Shown here piece by piece: positions 52,717-63,754 of a stretch of DNA of 64,000 nucleotides. The translations under genes were made by a program, and so were the position numbers. Source of the stretch: Paraphysomonas bandaiensis. Taxonomy: Eukaryota; Protista; Chrysophyceae. A model generated the notes under the pieces. That model had not been told where the DNA came from. It saw nothing but the letters and a program-made list of their open reading frames with translations, and ran no database searches. Each line of letters starts with the position of its first letter. The first letter of the stretch is position 1. The DNA lies in NCBI GenBank assembly GCA_965644295.1, contig CBFFRP010000016.1, forward strand, positions 89,900 to 153,899. Direction: 5' to 3'.

Positions 52717-53190
52717 ATGAAATGCTTGACTATTGTACTCGCTTGGTTTTCTTTATCCACTGCCCTGGATTTGATTGGCTCGTATCAAGGAACAGCAGAG
52801 TGGTATGAGTTTCTTGTTGACGAGTCGATGCCTCTTGGTGGAGACATAATATTCTATAACCAAACTAATGTGATCGATATATTGGAGCAAAATGGTAAAT
52901 TCATTCGGGGTAAAGAATATTGGCTTAACAGTAAGTCGGAAAGGGTGTATGTGTGTGATGTCTTCGGTATCTTTTCGATGATATCACACTCTTCTGGCGT
53001 ATGGAAGGTTAAAATTGAGGAATATTTCAATAAAGTAGATATTGAAGGTTCTCATGAGCAAATGGAGACACTAGGTCGATTTGATGGCACCTATGACGAA
53101 AAAAATATGGAGTTTACTCTGGATTACACTGGTCGCACTTTATCGAATCAAAAGTTTGGTGCACAGCATTTCACGGCGACTAGAATTTAA
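52717..53190 (+). CDS. Small secreted hypothetical protein
   Basis: Signal peptide MKCLTIVLAWFSLSTA followed by a beta-rich mature region. Confidence 0.7.
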   Translation: MKCLTIVLAWFSLSTALDLIGSYQGTAEWYEFLVDESMPLGGDIIFYNQTNVIDILEQNGKFIRGKEYWLNSKSERVYVCDVFGIFSMISHSSGVWKVKIEEYFNKVDIEGSHEQMETLGRFDGTYDEKNMEFTLDYTGRTLSNQKFGAQHFTATRI

Positions 53191-54366
53191 ATTACAGAGA
53201 AAGTTTATAATTACATATCTACAGGTACTATTACAAAGTATTTCGTTTACATACTGAGTTTGTTCGTCCTCCTGTCATAAGTAGCAAGTAGTCGCACATT
53301 GCGTTAATGTAACACTTATTAAGCTACTCAATTTTAATATTTTAAAGTGCTTGCTCAATTATTGTGCTGACTAGTATAGGGGACTAAACTTGTTCAAATT
53401 TAGTGTGGAATAGTACTTTGTAGTTTTGTTGCTTGTCTAGCCATGTTTATACGATCATTATTATACACGATAGGTAGTTGTAAAAACTAATGTAGCCTAA
53501 GTATACATAGCCGCTACATTAAAACACTCACACTTTAGTATAATTTTATGTTTGGCAGTATGCACGTATGCACACCTAGTTCTTTCTGTTTTCGTGCTCT
53601 TACACATTTACTAGAAGCTAGAAGTCATATCATGCACGATTGTATGAACTATTCTTTAATAAAAGCATCATATTATGAAAACTCATTGCTGTACCATCGG
53701 TCAATATATTGCTAAAATTGCCCAAGTATTCTCGAATGCTGATATAGCTATGCATGATAGACAATGCATTGTGCTCTTGAATATATGTTCTATGTGACCT
53801 GAATACAGATCCGAGCCACTTGTTCAAAATTCAGTAAAGTTTATGCCTTCAATTGAAGCATCAGATAGTATGTTAATATAAAGGTAGAAGTATGAAATGT
53901 CCATCAGGTCAGCACGACTCTAGCCCTTGTACCCTAATCAATAGTTTGGAGTCAGCTGTTGTGATCGGAAACAACCACAACAACAAGATTATTCACTTGA
54001 GTGCTGTTACGCTATTTCATGTATTTACTTTCCCGAAGGAGTCCATGACGGCACCACATCCTCTAACTGGTCACTGTATCCTTCCGTGTCCACGATCTGT
54101 GCGTCCGTACCTATGAACACATACATAAACCTACAAGTACCTCTGTTTACAATGTACAGCAGTACATATTATAGTGCAGCGGTACTATTCTACACGTACA
54201 CAGGCACTGGAACAACCAGGAACAGGCAGGAGTAGAGTGACATTAACACATACACAGCACACACAATGACAACATGCTCCCACTCGATAGAAACATATAT
54301 AACAACGAATAACCACACTCACCCTGCATGAGGATACTATGACCCTCTTGTAAGGTAACTTCAACA

Positions 54367-55380
54367 ATGCATGTCTCACTCTATGCACTGCTATGCCTCA
54401 CTGTTGTGTTAATGAGCTCTGATAGCTCACATTACCATACAAGAAAACACTCTCTATCAGGAGCTCCATCGCAAAAACAATGTCCCAATATATCCGAGGA
54501 GATCTATCGAGACACACCAATGATTAGACAGCGGCGGAATGACAGTATTCATTTGGACTTGAAGAATAGATGGTTACATATACCAAAAACTGGTACAAGT
54601 TATGTGTTGACTTTTCTCTCTCTATCTTGTCCAGCATTGCCACATGACTTGCACTTTTCCAGTACAGGATATGGCACTAGTACTGCAGAGCTTATACGGT
54701 CCCACAGTAGTATAATACCGCAGTACTGTTCGCTAAAGCCAGGGGTAGAAGTAGAGGGACATCATCCTCTCAAACTTCACGAGCAACTGGCCCTACTCCG
54801 CGCACCGGATGGAGTATTTCTTGAACGCTACTTCACAATGTTGAGAGACCCAGTCGAGCGTATGGTATCTGGTTTCAACCACAACCACCACGATTGCGAT
54901 TATTGCCGGCCCAATACTACACTGATTGAATATGCGGCAATGCATACTCAGTCGCCACACATTGGTCCTGCTGGATGCATGACCAAGATGCTTCTTGGTG
55001 AAGACTGCGGTCGTCGTTATCCCGCACGAGCGGGTCTCGAAAGAGCTAAGAATATCCTCAAAAAGTTCTTTTTCGTAGGAATAATGGAGCAATGGGAGTT
55101 GTCTATATGTTTGACCCATGCTATATATGGGTTTCGAATAGTCGGTGCACCAATGCAGTCCCAGTTTGTTCACGCTCGACAATCTAATATTCCGTCTGAC
55201 AAGGTAATGAAGCAGATAGCAGAGTTAAAAGAATTCTACAAGGCAGATGCCAATGGAATCCGCCCCGATCACTATGATTGGGTTGATGCAGAGCTATATG
55301 AGTATGGCTTAGAGCTATTTTGGGGAAATGTGGAGCGCTTTGGATTACAGTCATATTCACATATAAATAAACATTGGTGA
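54367..55380 (+). CDS. Golgi-type carbohydrate sulfotransferase
   Basis: N-terminal signal/anchor; 5'-PSB motif LHIPKTGTS; 3'-PB motif MLRDPVERMVSGF; FFFVGIME; D.ELY. Confidence 0.85.
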   Translation: MHVSLYALLCLTVVLMSSDSSHYHTRKHSLSGAPSQKQCPNISEEIYRDTPMIRQRRNDSIHLDLKNRWLHIPKTGTSYVLTFLSLSCPALPHDLHFSSTGYGTSTAELIRSHSSIIPQYCSLKPGVEVEGHHPLKLHEQLALLRAPDGVFLERYFTMLRDPVERMVSGFNHNHHDCDYCRPNTTLIEYAAMHTQSPHIGPAGCMTKMLLGEDCGRRYPARAGLERAKNILKKFFFVGIMEQWELSICLTHAIYGFRIVGAPMQSQFVHARQSNIPSDKVMKQIAELKEFYKADANGIRPDHYDWVDAELYEYGLELFWGNVERFGLQSYSHINKHW

Positions 55381-55738
55381 CCGTAGTATGATGAGTATAT
55401 ATCATTTTTGTTGAGAGGTATTTTGATGACGTTTGTAACATTCTGTGCCAGTTATGCTATAAAGTATTAGTCATAAGCGGAGCACTGAAAACAGCTAGAA
55501 AATATTAAGCTAGATATGGTTCACACTGAATGATCTATTTGCTCTACTTATTTATCACATATTGGCTCGCACTCCTGTGGGGGTCATCCAATGTCACCCA
55601 TAAAGAACATTATTCATGGACTTCAAAGTCTACATGGTGGTGTAACATATACACATTTACTATAGCGCCTAAATAATAAAAAACAAACCATTCGACAACA
55701 ACGAAAGGTTCTATGATATTATTTACAAAATACCACAC

Positions 55739-56827
55739 TTATTTTCGCACATGTTGTCTACTCCATATTTGAACCACAACAGGCTGTCTTACTAAACGTC
55801 CACAGAATTCAAACACTGTATTTGGAGGGTGTGTTGTTTCTACTTCCCACTTATATTTACCACACATACAGACACACTTGTCATTCATTGTATCACAGTG
55901 GCAGTTTATTATTTCAGAAGCTCTCTTTAAAAAATTCTCGTGTGCACATCGTGCAGGATTGAGAAATATCATTCGTGTTGGTTTCATTTCAAGGGCGGAG
56001 TGGCATACGAATCGCAGAGGATAGTCACGATCGATGTCATTCGTAGAAGCCCCTTGTGCAGAAAAACCACCCGCCCCTCCACCGCTCGTAAATGGGGGAT
56101 TTGCGACTACAACAACCTCTTTTTGTTCATGGTTTGGAATATGTGAGAGAAGCTCGTCACGGTTTGTACTGAGATAGTCGCTGACACGGATATGACATTT
56201 GTGAGGGAACTCACGTGCAGCATGTTCTGCAGCTTTCGATGCTTCTATAACATCTACATCATTTCCCACTACATAACAAGAATCTGTGCATTTGGCAAGG
56301 GCCACTACAACACGCCCATCTCCACATGACGGCTCAACGAATATGGTATCCTCTGAGTACTGTGATTTCGCTAGACCAACGATATATTCAACATTACTAC
56401 TACTCGAAAAATATTGCTGCAATTCCCGAGGACCAGACTCCATTTGTTTACGTTTAACAATTTTTTCTTTTATTAATCTATACTGCTCTTCATCGCAGAA
56501 CAGATCCATGAGGTAATGTGCATGCAGAGACACCTGAGACAGCCACTCATTCAACACACCAACACTTTTCTTATAGTGAGGCTTCCATCCATCACCATCC
56601 ACACACCATGAGCACTCATCTTTCATTAGATTCTTAACGCGTCCAGTCGGAAATTTTAAAGTGCTTGTGGAGTCCCTGTGAGAGACCTCTCTGGACAACC
56701 ATAACAAGTCATGATAAGACCGATGAAGCAATGAACCTTCAGGGGAACGAAGAAGGAAGTACTTAAAGGTATGGTCTCCTTCACATGTCACATGTAAGCC
56801 GAATACTGAAATGGAAGAGTTGGACAT
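55739..56827 (-). CDS. Class I SAM-dependent amino-methyltransferase-like protein with a PX-like N-terminus
   Basis: Motif I FVEPSCGDG and motif IV VVANPPF; N-terminal RSYHDLLWL...FP...LNEWL resembles a PX domain. Confidence 0.7.
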   Translation of the reverse strand: MSNSSISVFGLHVTCEGDHTFKYFLLRSPEGSLLHRSYHDLLWLSREVSHRDSTSTLKFPTGRVKNLMKDECSWCVDGDGWKPHYKKSVGVLNEWLSQVSLHAHYLMDLFCDEEQYRLIKEKIVKRKQMESGPRELQQYFSSSSNVEYIVGLAKSQYSEDTIFVEPSCGDGRVVVALAKCTDSCYVVGNDVDVIEASKAAEHAAREFPHKCHIRVSDYLSTNRDELLSHIPNHEQKEVVVVANPPFTSGGGAGGFSAQGASTNDIDRDYPLRFVCHSALEMKPTRMIFLNPARCAHENFLKRASEIINCHCDTMNDKCVCMCGKYKWEVETTHPPNTVFEFCGRLVRQPVVVQIWSRQHVRK

Positions 56828-57424
56828 GACCTGACCAGAACTATGTGTGGAATATGTATGTATGTATGTCCCTTCCGTTCACTTCTCTGATGTACAGCAG
56901 TGTATGTACAGTACGTAAAAATAGAAATATCTCAAAGAGAATACGCACCGTTTAATAAAATGTGTTGGAATTCGTATCTCTTTGTACAATCGGATAGAGA
57001 GAGTATGCTGTATGCGGGTATGTGACGGCATGCCGCATGGATAGGCTAGAAAGAGATCAGACAAACAGATTTCTTGAACATTTTAGTTTTTACATCGCGA
57101 AATAGACAAAATATCAAAAAAATCCTATTGTAAAAAATTTCTACAACAAAATTGACCAAATTATTGTACTTCATTATCCTATACTATAAAATATATCAAA
57201 GTACTATTTACAAAATTTCACCCGCTAAAATAAAAAAAAGCAATAAATAAAAAAATTCAAAGAAATATTTTGGTCAAGCATTTCAGACCGGTCACATTGA
57301 CCGATCAATCCACACACAAGCACATTGCAACAATACAACGACAACAACAACTTCAGATCATGAATTCACCAAACTCAGACAATTCTAATAAAAGATAGCA
57401 ATCTACATGTGTGTGATCAATGTC

Positions 57425-57504
57425 CCCTCTATGATTATATATATTATAAATGGGTAATTTACGGCTGAATGTTTCATGTCGATACTCCTGTGTCTATGAG
57501 AGGG
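57425..57504 (+). ncRNA. SNORD16: Box C/D snoRNA, SNORD16 (U16)/snR87-like; first of 23 tandem copies (last at about 63185-63264)
   Basis: Terminal stem CCCTC/GAGGG. Box C ATGATTA at 57431, D' CTGA at 57465, C' ATGTCGA at 57476, box D ATGA at 57496. The 13-nt guide TGGGTAATTTACG is complementary to conserved 18S CGUAAAUUACCCA, and the +5 rule points to the A equivalent to yeast Am436 / human Am484. Confidence 0.88.
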
Positions 57505-57579
57505 TGCAATCCTTGTATGTATTTATATGCGCGCAATTGTCTGTGAGGATACCGATTTTAACGTTTGTGTGTCATGTAG

Positions 57580-57634
57580 GTTTTACCATCAATGTGTTGG
57601 GAGTCAGTTCGATCTTGACTAGTTAACGCGGAAG
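57580..57634 (+). other. Non-coding host-gene exon (55 nt), repeated once per unit; intron example 57635-57841
   Basis: Flanked by TAG| and |GTAACA; TGA, TAG and TAA stops occupy frames 1, 2 and 3. Confidence 0.75.
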
Positions 57635-60600
57635 GTAACATATATATGACACAGTCCCGAATTGTATGCTGTGTGTGATCAATGTCCCCTCTATGATTAT
57701 ATATATTATAAATGGGTAATTTACGGCTGAATGTTTCATGTCGATACTCCTGTGTCTATGAGAGGGTGCAATCCTTGTATGTATTTATATGCGCGCAATT
57801 GTCTGTGAGGATACCGATTTTAACGTTTGTGTGTCATGTAGGTTTTACCATCAATGTGTTGGGAGTCAGTTCGATCTTGACTAGTTAACGCGGAAGGTAA
57901 CATATATATGACACAGTCCCGAATTGTATGCTGTGTGTGATCAATGTCCCCTCTATGATTATATATATTATAAATGGGTAATTTACGGCTGAATGTTTCA
58001 TGTCGATACTCCTGTGTCTATGAGAGGGTGCAATCCTTGTATGTATTTATATGCGCGCAATTGTATGTGAGGATACCGATTTTAACGTTTGTGTGTCATG
58101 TAGGTTTTACCATCAATGTGTTGGGAGTCAGTTCGATCTTGACTAGTTAACCGGAAGGTAACATATATATGACACAGTCCCGAATTGTATGCTGTGTGTG
58201 ATCAATGTCCCCTCTATGATTATATATATTATAAATGGGTAATTTACGGCTGAATGTTTCATGTCGATACTCCTGTGTCTATGAGAGGGTGCAATCCTTG
58301 TATGTATTTATATGCGCGCAATTGTCTGTGAAGATACCGATTTTAACGTTTGTGTGTCATGTAGGTTTTACCATCAATGTGTTGGGAGTCAGTTCGATCT
58401 TGACTAGTTAACGCGGAAGGTAACATATATATGACACAGTCCCGAATTGTATGCTGTGTGTGATCAATGTCCCCTCTATGATTATATATATTATAAATGG
58501 GTAATTTACGGCTGAATGTTTCATGTCGATACTCCTGTGTCTATGAGAGGGTGCAATCCTTGTATGTATTTATATGCGCGCAATTGTCTGTGAGGATACC
58601 GATTTTAACGTTTGTGTGTCATGTAGGTTTTACCATCAATGTGTTGGGAGTCAGTTCGATCTTGACTAGTTAACGCGGAAGGTAACATATATATGACACA
58701 GTCCCGAATTGTATGCTGTGTGTGATCAATGTCCCCTCTATGATTATATATATTATAAATGGGTAATTTACGGCTGAATGTTTCATGTCGATACTCCTGT
58801 GTCTATGAGAGGGTGCAATCCTTGTATGTATTTATATGCGCGCAATTGTCTGTGAGGATACCGATTTTAACGTTTGTGTGTCATGTAGGTTTTACCATCA
58901 ATGTGTTGGGAGTCAGTTCGATCTTGACTAGTTAACGCGGAAGGTAACATATATATGACACAGTCCCGAATTGTATGCTGTGTGTGATCAATGTCCCCTC
59001 TATGATTATATATATTATAAATGGGTAATTTACGGCTGAATGTTTCATGTCGATACTCCTGTGTCTATGAGAGGGTGCAATCCTTGTATGTATTTATATG
59101 CGCGCAATTGTATGTGAGGATACCGATTTTAACGTTTGTGTGTCATGTAGGTTTTACCATCAATGTGTTGGGAGTCAGTTCGATCTTGACTAGTTAACGC
59201 GGAAGGTAACATATATATGACACAGTCCCGAATTGTATGCTGTGTGTGATCAATGTCCCCTCTATGATTATATATATTATAAATGGGTAATTTACGGCTG
59301 AATGTTTCATGTCGATAGTCCTGTGTCTATGAGAGGGTGCAATCCTTGTATGTATTTATATGCGCGCAATTGTATGTGAGGATACCGATTTTAACGTTTG
59401 TGTGTCATGTAGGTTTTACCATCAATGTGTTGGGAGTCAGTTCGATCTTGACTAGTTAACGCGGAAGGTAACATATATATGACACAGTCCCGAATTGTAT
59501 GCTGTGTGTGATCAATGTCCCCTCTATGATTATATATATTATAAATGGGTAATTTACGGCTGAATGTTTCATGTCGATACTCCTGTGTCTATGAGAGGGT
59601 GCAATCCTTGTATGTATTTATATGCGCGCAATTGTATGTGAGGATACCGATTTTAACGTTTGTGTGTCATGTAGGTTTTACCATCAATGTGTTGGGAGTC
59701 AGTTCGATCTTGACTAGTTAACGCGGAAGGTAACATATATATGACACAGTCCCGAATTGTATGCTGTGTGTGATCAATGTCCCCTCTATGATTATATATA
59801 TTATAAATGGGTAATTTACGGCTGAATGTTTCATGTCGATAGTCCTGTGTCTATGAGAGGGTGCAATCCTTGTATGTATTTATATGCGCGCAATTGCCTG
59901 TGAGGATACCGATTTTAACGTTTGTGTGTCATGTAGGTTTTACCATCAATGTGTTGGGAGTCAGTTCGATCTTGACTAGTTAACGCGGAAGGTAACATAT
60001 ATATGACACAGTCCCGAATTGTATGCTGTGTGTGATCAATGTCCCCTCTATGATTATATATATTATAAATGGGTAATTTACGGCTGAATGTTTCATGTCG
60101 ATACTCCTGTGTCTATGAGAGGGTGCAATCCTTGTATGTATTTATATGCGCGCAATTGTATGTGAGGATACCGATTTTAACGTTTGTGTGTCATGTAGGT
60201 TTTACCATCAATGTGTTGGGAGTCAGTTCGATCTTGACTAGTTAACGCGGAAGGTAACATATATATGACACAGTCCCGAATTGTATGCTGTGTGTGATCA
60301 ATGTCCCCTCTATGATTATATATATTATAAATGGGTAATTTACGGCTGAATGTTTCATGTCGATACTCCTGTGTCTATGAGAGGGTGCAATCCTTGTATG
60401 TATTTATATGCGCGCAATTGTCTGTGAGGATACCGATTTTAACGTTTGTGTGTCATGTAGGTTTTACCATCAATGTGTTGGGAGTCAGTTCGATCTTGAC
60501 TAGTTAACGCGGAAGGTAACATATATATGACACAGTCCCGAATTGTATGCTGTGTGTGATCAATGTCCCCTCTATGATTATATATATTATAAATGGGTAA

Positions 60601-63404
60601 TTTACGGCTGAATGTTTCATGTCGATACTCCTGTGTCTATGAGAGGGTGCAATCCTTGTATGTATTTATATGCGCGCAATTGTATGTGAGGATACCGATT
60701 TTAACGTTTGTGTGTCATGTAGGTTTTACCATCAATGTGTTGGGAGTCAGTTCGATCTTGACTAGTTAACGCGGAAGGTAACATATATATGACACAGTCC
60801 CGAATTGTATGCTGTGTGTGATCAATGTCCCCTCTATGATTATATATATTATAAATGGGTAATTTACGGCTGAATGTTTCATGTCGATACTCCTGTGTCT
60901 ATGAGAGGGTGCAATCCTTGTATGTATTTATATGCGCGCAATTGTATGTGAGGATACCGATTTTAACGTTTGTGTGTCATGTAGGTTTTACCATCAATGT
61001 GTTGGGAGTCAGTTCGATCTTGACTAGTTAACCGGAAGGTAACATATATATGACACAGTCCCGAATTGTATGCTGTGTGTGATCAATGTCCCCTCTATGA
61101 TTATATATATTATAAATGGGTAATTTACGGCTGAATGTTTCATGTCGATACTCCTGTGTCTATGAGAGGGTGCAATCCTTGTATGTATTTATATGCGCGC
61201 AATTGTATGTGAGGATACCGATTTTAATGTTTGTGTGTCATGTAGGTTTTACCATCAATGTGTTGGGAGTCAGTTCGATCTTGACTAGTTAACGCGGAAG
61301 GTAACATATATATGACACAGTCCCGAATTGTATGCTGTGTGTGATCAATGTCCCCTCTATGATTATATATATTATAAATGGGTAATTTACGGCTGAATGT
61401 TTCATGTCGATACTCCTGTGTCTATGAGAGGGTGTAATCCTTGTATGTATTTATATGCGCGCAATTGTATGTGAGGATACCGATTTTAACGTTTGTGTGT
61501 CATGTAGGTTTTACCATCAATGTGTTGGGAGTCAGTTCGATCTTGACTAGTTAACGCGGAAGGTAACATATATATGACACAGTCCCGAATTGTATGCTGT
61601 GTGTGATCAATGTCCCCTCTATGATTATATATATTATAAATGGGTAATTTACGGCTGAATGTTTCATGTCGATACTCCTGTGTCTATGAGAGGGTGTAAT
61701 CCTTGTATGTATTTATATGCGCGCAATTGTATGTGAGGATACCGATTTTAACGTTTGTGTGTCATGTAGGTTTTACCATCAATGTGTTGGGAGTCAGTTC
61801 GATCTTGACTAGTTAACCGGAAGGTAACATATATATGACACAGTCCCGAATTGTATGCTGTGTGTGATCAATGTCCCCTCTATGATTATATATATTATAA
61901 ATGGGTAATTTACGGCTGAATGTTTCATGTCGATACTCCTGTGTCTATGAGAGGGTGCAATCCTTGTATGAATTTATATGCGCGCAATTGTCTGTGAGGA
62001 TACCGATTTTAACGTTTGTGTGTCGTGTAGGTTTTACCATCAATGTGTTGGGAGTCAGTTCGATCTTGACTAGTTAACGCGGAAGGTAACATATATATGA
62101 CACAGTCCCGAATTGTATGCTGTGTGTGATCAATGTCCCCTCTATGATTATATATATTATAAATGGGTAATTTACGGCTGAATGTTTCATGTCGATACTC
62201 CTGTGTCTATGAGAGGGTGCAATCCTTGTATGTATTTATATGCGCGCAATTGTATGTGAGGATACCGATTTTAACGTTTGTGTGTCATGTAGGTTTTACC
62301 ATCAATGTGTTGGGAGTCAGTTCGATCTTGACTAGTTAACGCGGAAGGTAACATATATATGACACAGTCCCGAATTGTATGCTGTGTGTGATCAATGTCC
62401 CCTCTATGATTATATATATTATAAATGGGTAATTTACGGCTGAATGTTTCATGTCGATACTCCTGTGTCTATGAGAGGGTGCAATCCTTGTATGTATTTA
62501 TATGCGCGCAATTGTATGTGAGGATACCGATTTTAACGTTTGTGTGTCATGTAGGTTTTACCATCAATGTGTTGGGAGTCAGTTCGATCTTGACTAGTTA
62601 ACCGGAAGGTAACATATATATGACACAGTCCCGAATTGTATGCTGTGTGTGATCAATGTCCCCTCTATGATTATATATATTATAAATGGGTAATTTACGG
62701 CTGAATGTTTCATGTCGATACTCCTGTGTCTATGAGAGGGTGCAATCCTTGTATGAATTTATATGCGCGCAATTGTCTGTGAGGATACCGATTTTAACGT
62801 TTGTGTGTCGTGTAGGTTTTACCATCAATGTGTTGGGAGTCAGTTCGATCTTGACTAGTTAACGCGGAAGGTAACATATATATGACACAGTCCCGAATTG
62901 TATGCTGTGTGTGATCAATGTCCCCTCTATGATTATATATATTATAAATGGGTAATTTACGGCTGAATGTTTCATGTCGATACTCCTGTGTCTATGAGAG
63001 GGTGTAATCCTTGTATGTATTTATATGCGCGCAATTGTATGTGAGGATACCGATTTTAACGTTTGTGTGTCATGTAGGTTTTACCATCAATGTGTTGGGA
63101 GTCAGTTCGATCTTGACTAGTTAACGCGGAAGGTAACATATATATGACACAGTCCCGAATTGTATGCTGTGTGTGATCAATGTCCCCTCTATGATTATAT
63201 ATATTATAAATGGGTAATTTACGGCTGAATGTTTCATGTCGATACTCCTGTGTCTATGAGAGGGTGCAATCCTTGTATGTATTTATATGCGCGCAATTGT
63301 CTGTGAGGATACCGATTTTAACGTTTGTGTGTCATGTAGGTTTTACCATCAATGTGTTACATCTCGTGTTACACCCACTTCGATTGTACACATATACACA
63401 CGTC

Positions 63405-63563
63405 GGCGTCCTGTTTAGAGTCGCACCTATAGCGAATCAATGCTATTAGCGTGTGCTGAAGGGCGCCAATATACCTGCACAGGATGAACCCCTGCGGTGT
63501 GGCTGATGTTATTGCACTTTAGATAGCCGCAGCCATGCCATATGAAGTCGCAGTGGAACATAT
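63405..63563 (+). ncRNA. SNORA3: Box H/ACA snoRNA, SNORA3 (ACA3)/snR11-like, copy 1
   Basis: Hairpin GGCGTCC...GGGCGCC with pocket strands TTAGAGTC and GCT, which pair either side of the UU in LSU rRNA GAGC-UU-GACUCUAG (yeast Psi2416 site). An H-like AATATA/ATATAC lies 13-14 nt from the pocket; a second hairpin CTGCGG/TCGCAG is followed by ACA-TAT. Confidence 0.72.
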
Positions 63564-63754
63564 TTATTACCTCACACCATACAACAACACATCCTACACA
63601 ATTTCATTACGTGGATGACAACTATTCTTACTATTGTATTGGTAGATATGCTGATGGGTGGGATGTGTTACTCATACGGCTCCATTATTGGATATGGCAA
63701 GGTAAGCATATTCTTGTGTTACACCCACTTCGATTGTACACATATACACACGTC

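Larger units (their letters stand above)
57408..63358 (+). repeat. Tandem array of a 262-bp unit (about 22.7 units): non-coding exon plus intron hosting a C/D snoRNA
   Basis: Period 262 bp (22 x 262 minus four 1-bp deletions = 5760). Each unit has a TTAAC branch-like site, an ATGTAG acceptor, a 55-nt exon with stops in all three frames and an AAG|GTAACA donor. Confidence 0.95.

Noticed and set aside
57558-57628. tRNA gene around GTTCGATC
   Set aside because: No D-arm or A-box, a mismatched acceptor stem and no C61; the region also spans the splice acceptor.
57408-63358. CRISPR array or plain centromeric satellite
   Set aside because: There are no unique spacers and the context is eukaryotic. 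Splice signals, C/D boxes, a terminal stem and an rRNA-antisense guide explain the unit better than a plain satellite.
57408-63358. Spliced-leader RNA or 5S/snRNA gene array
   Set aside because: No convincing Sm site and no 5S or U-snRNA sequence. The exon is preceded by a branch site and acceptor, as expected for cis-splicing.
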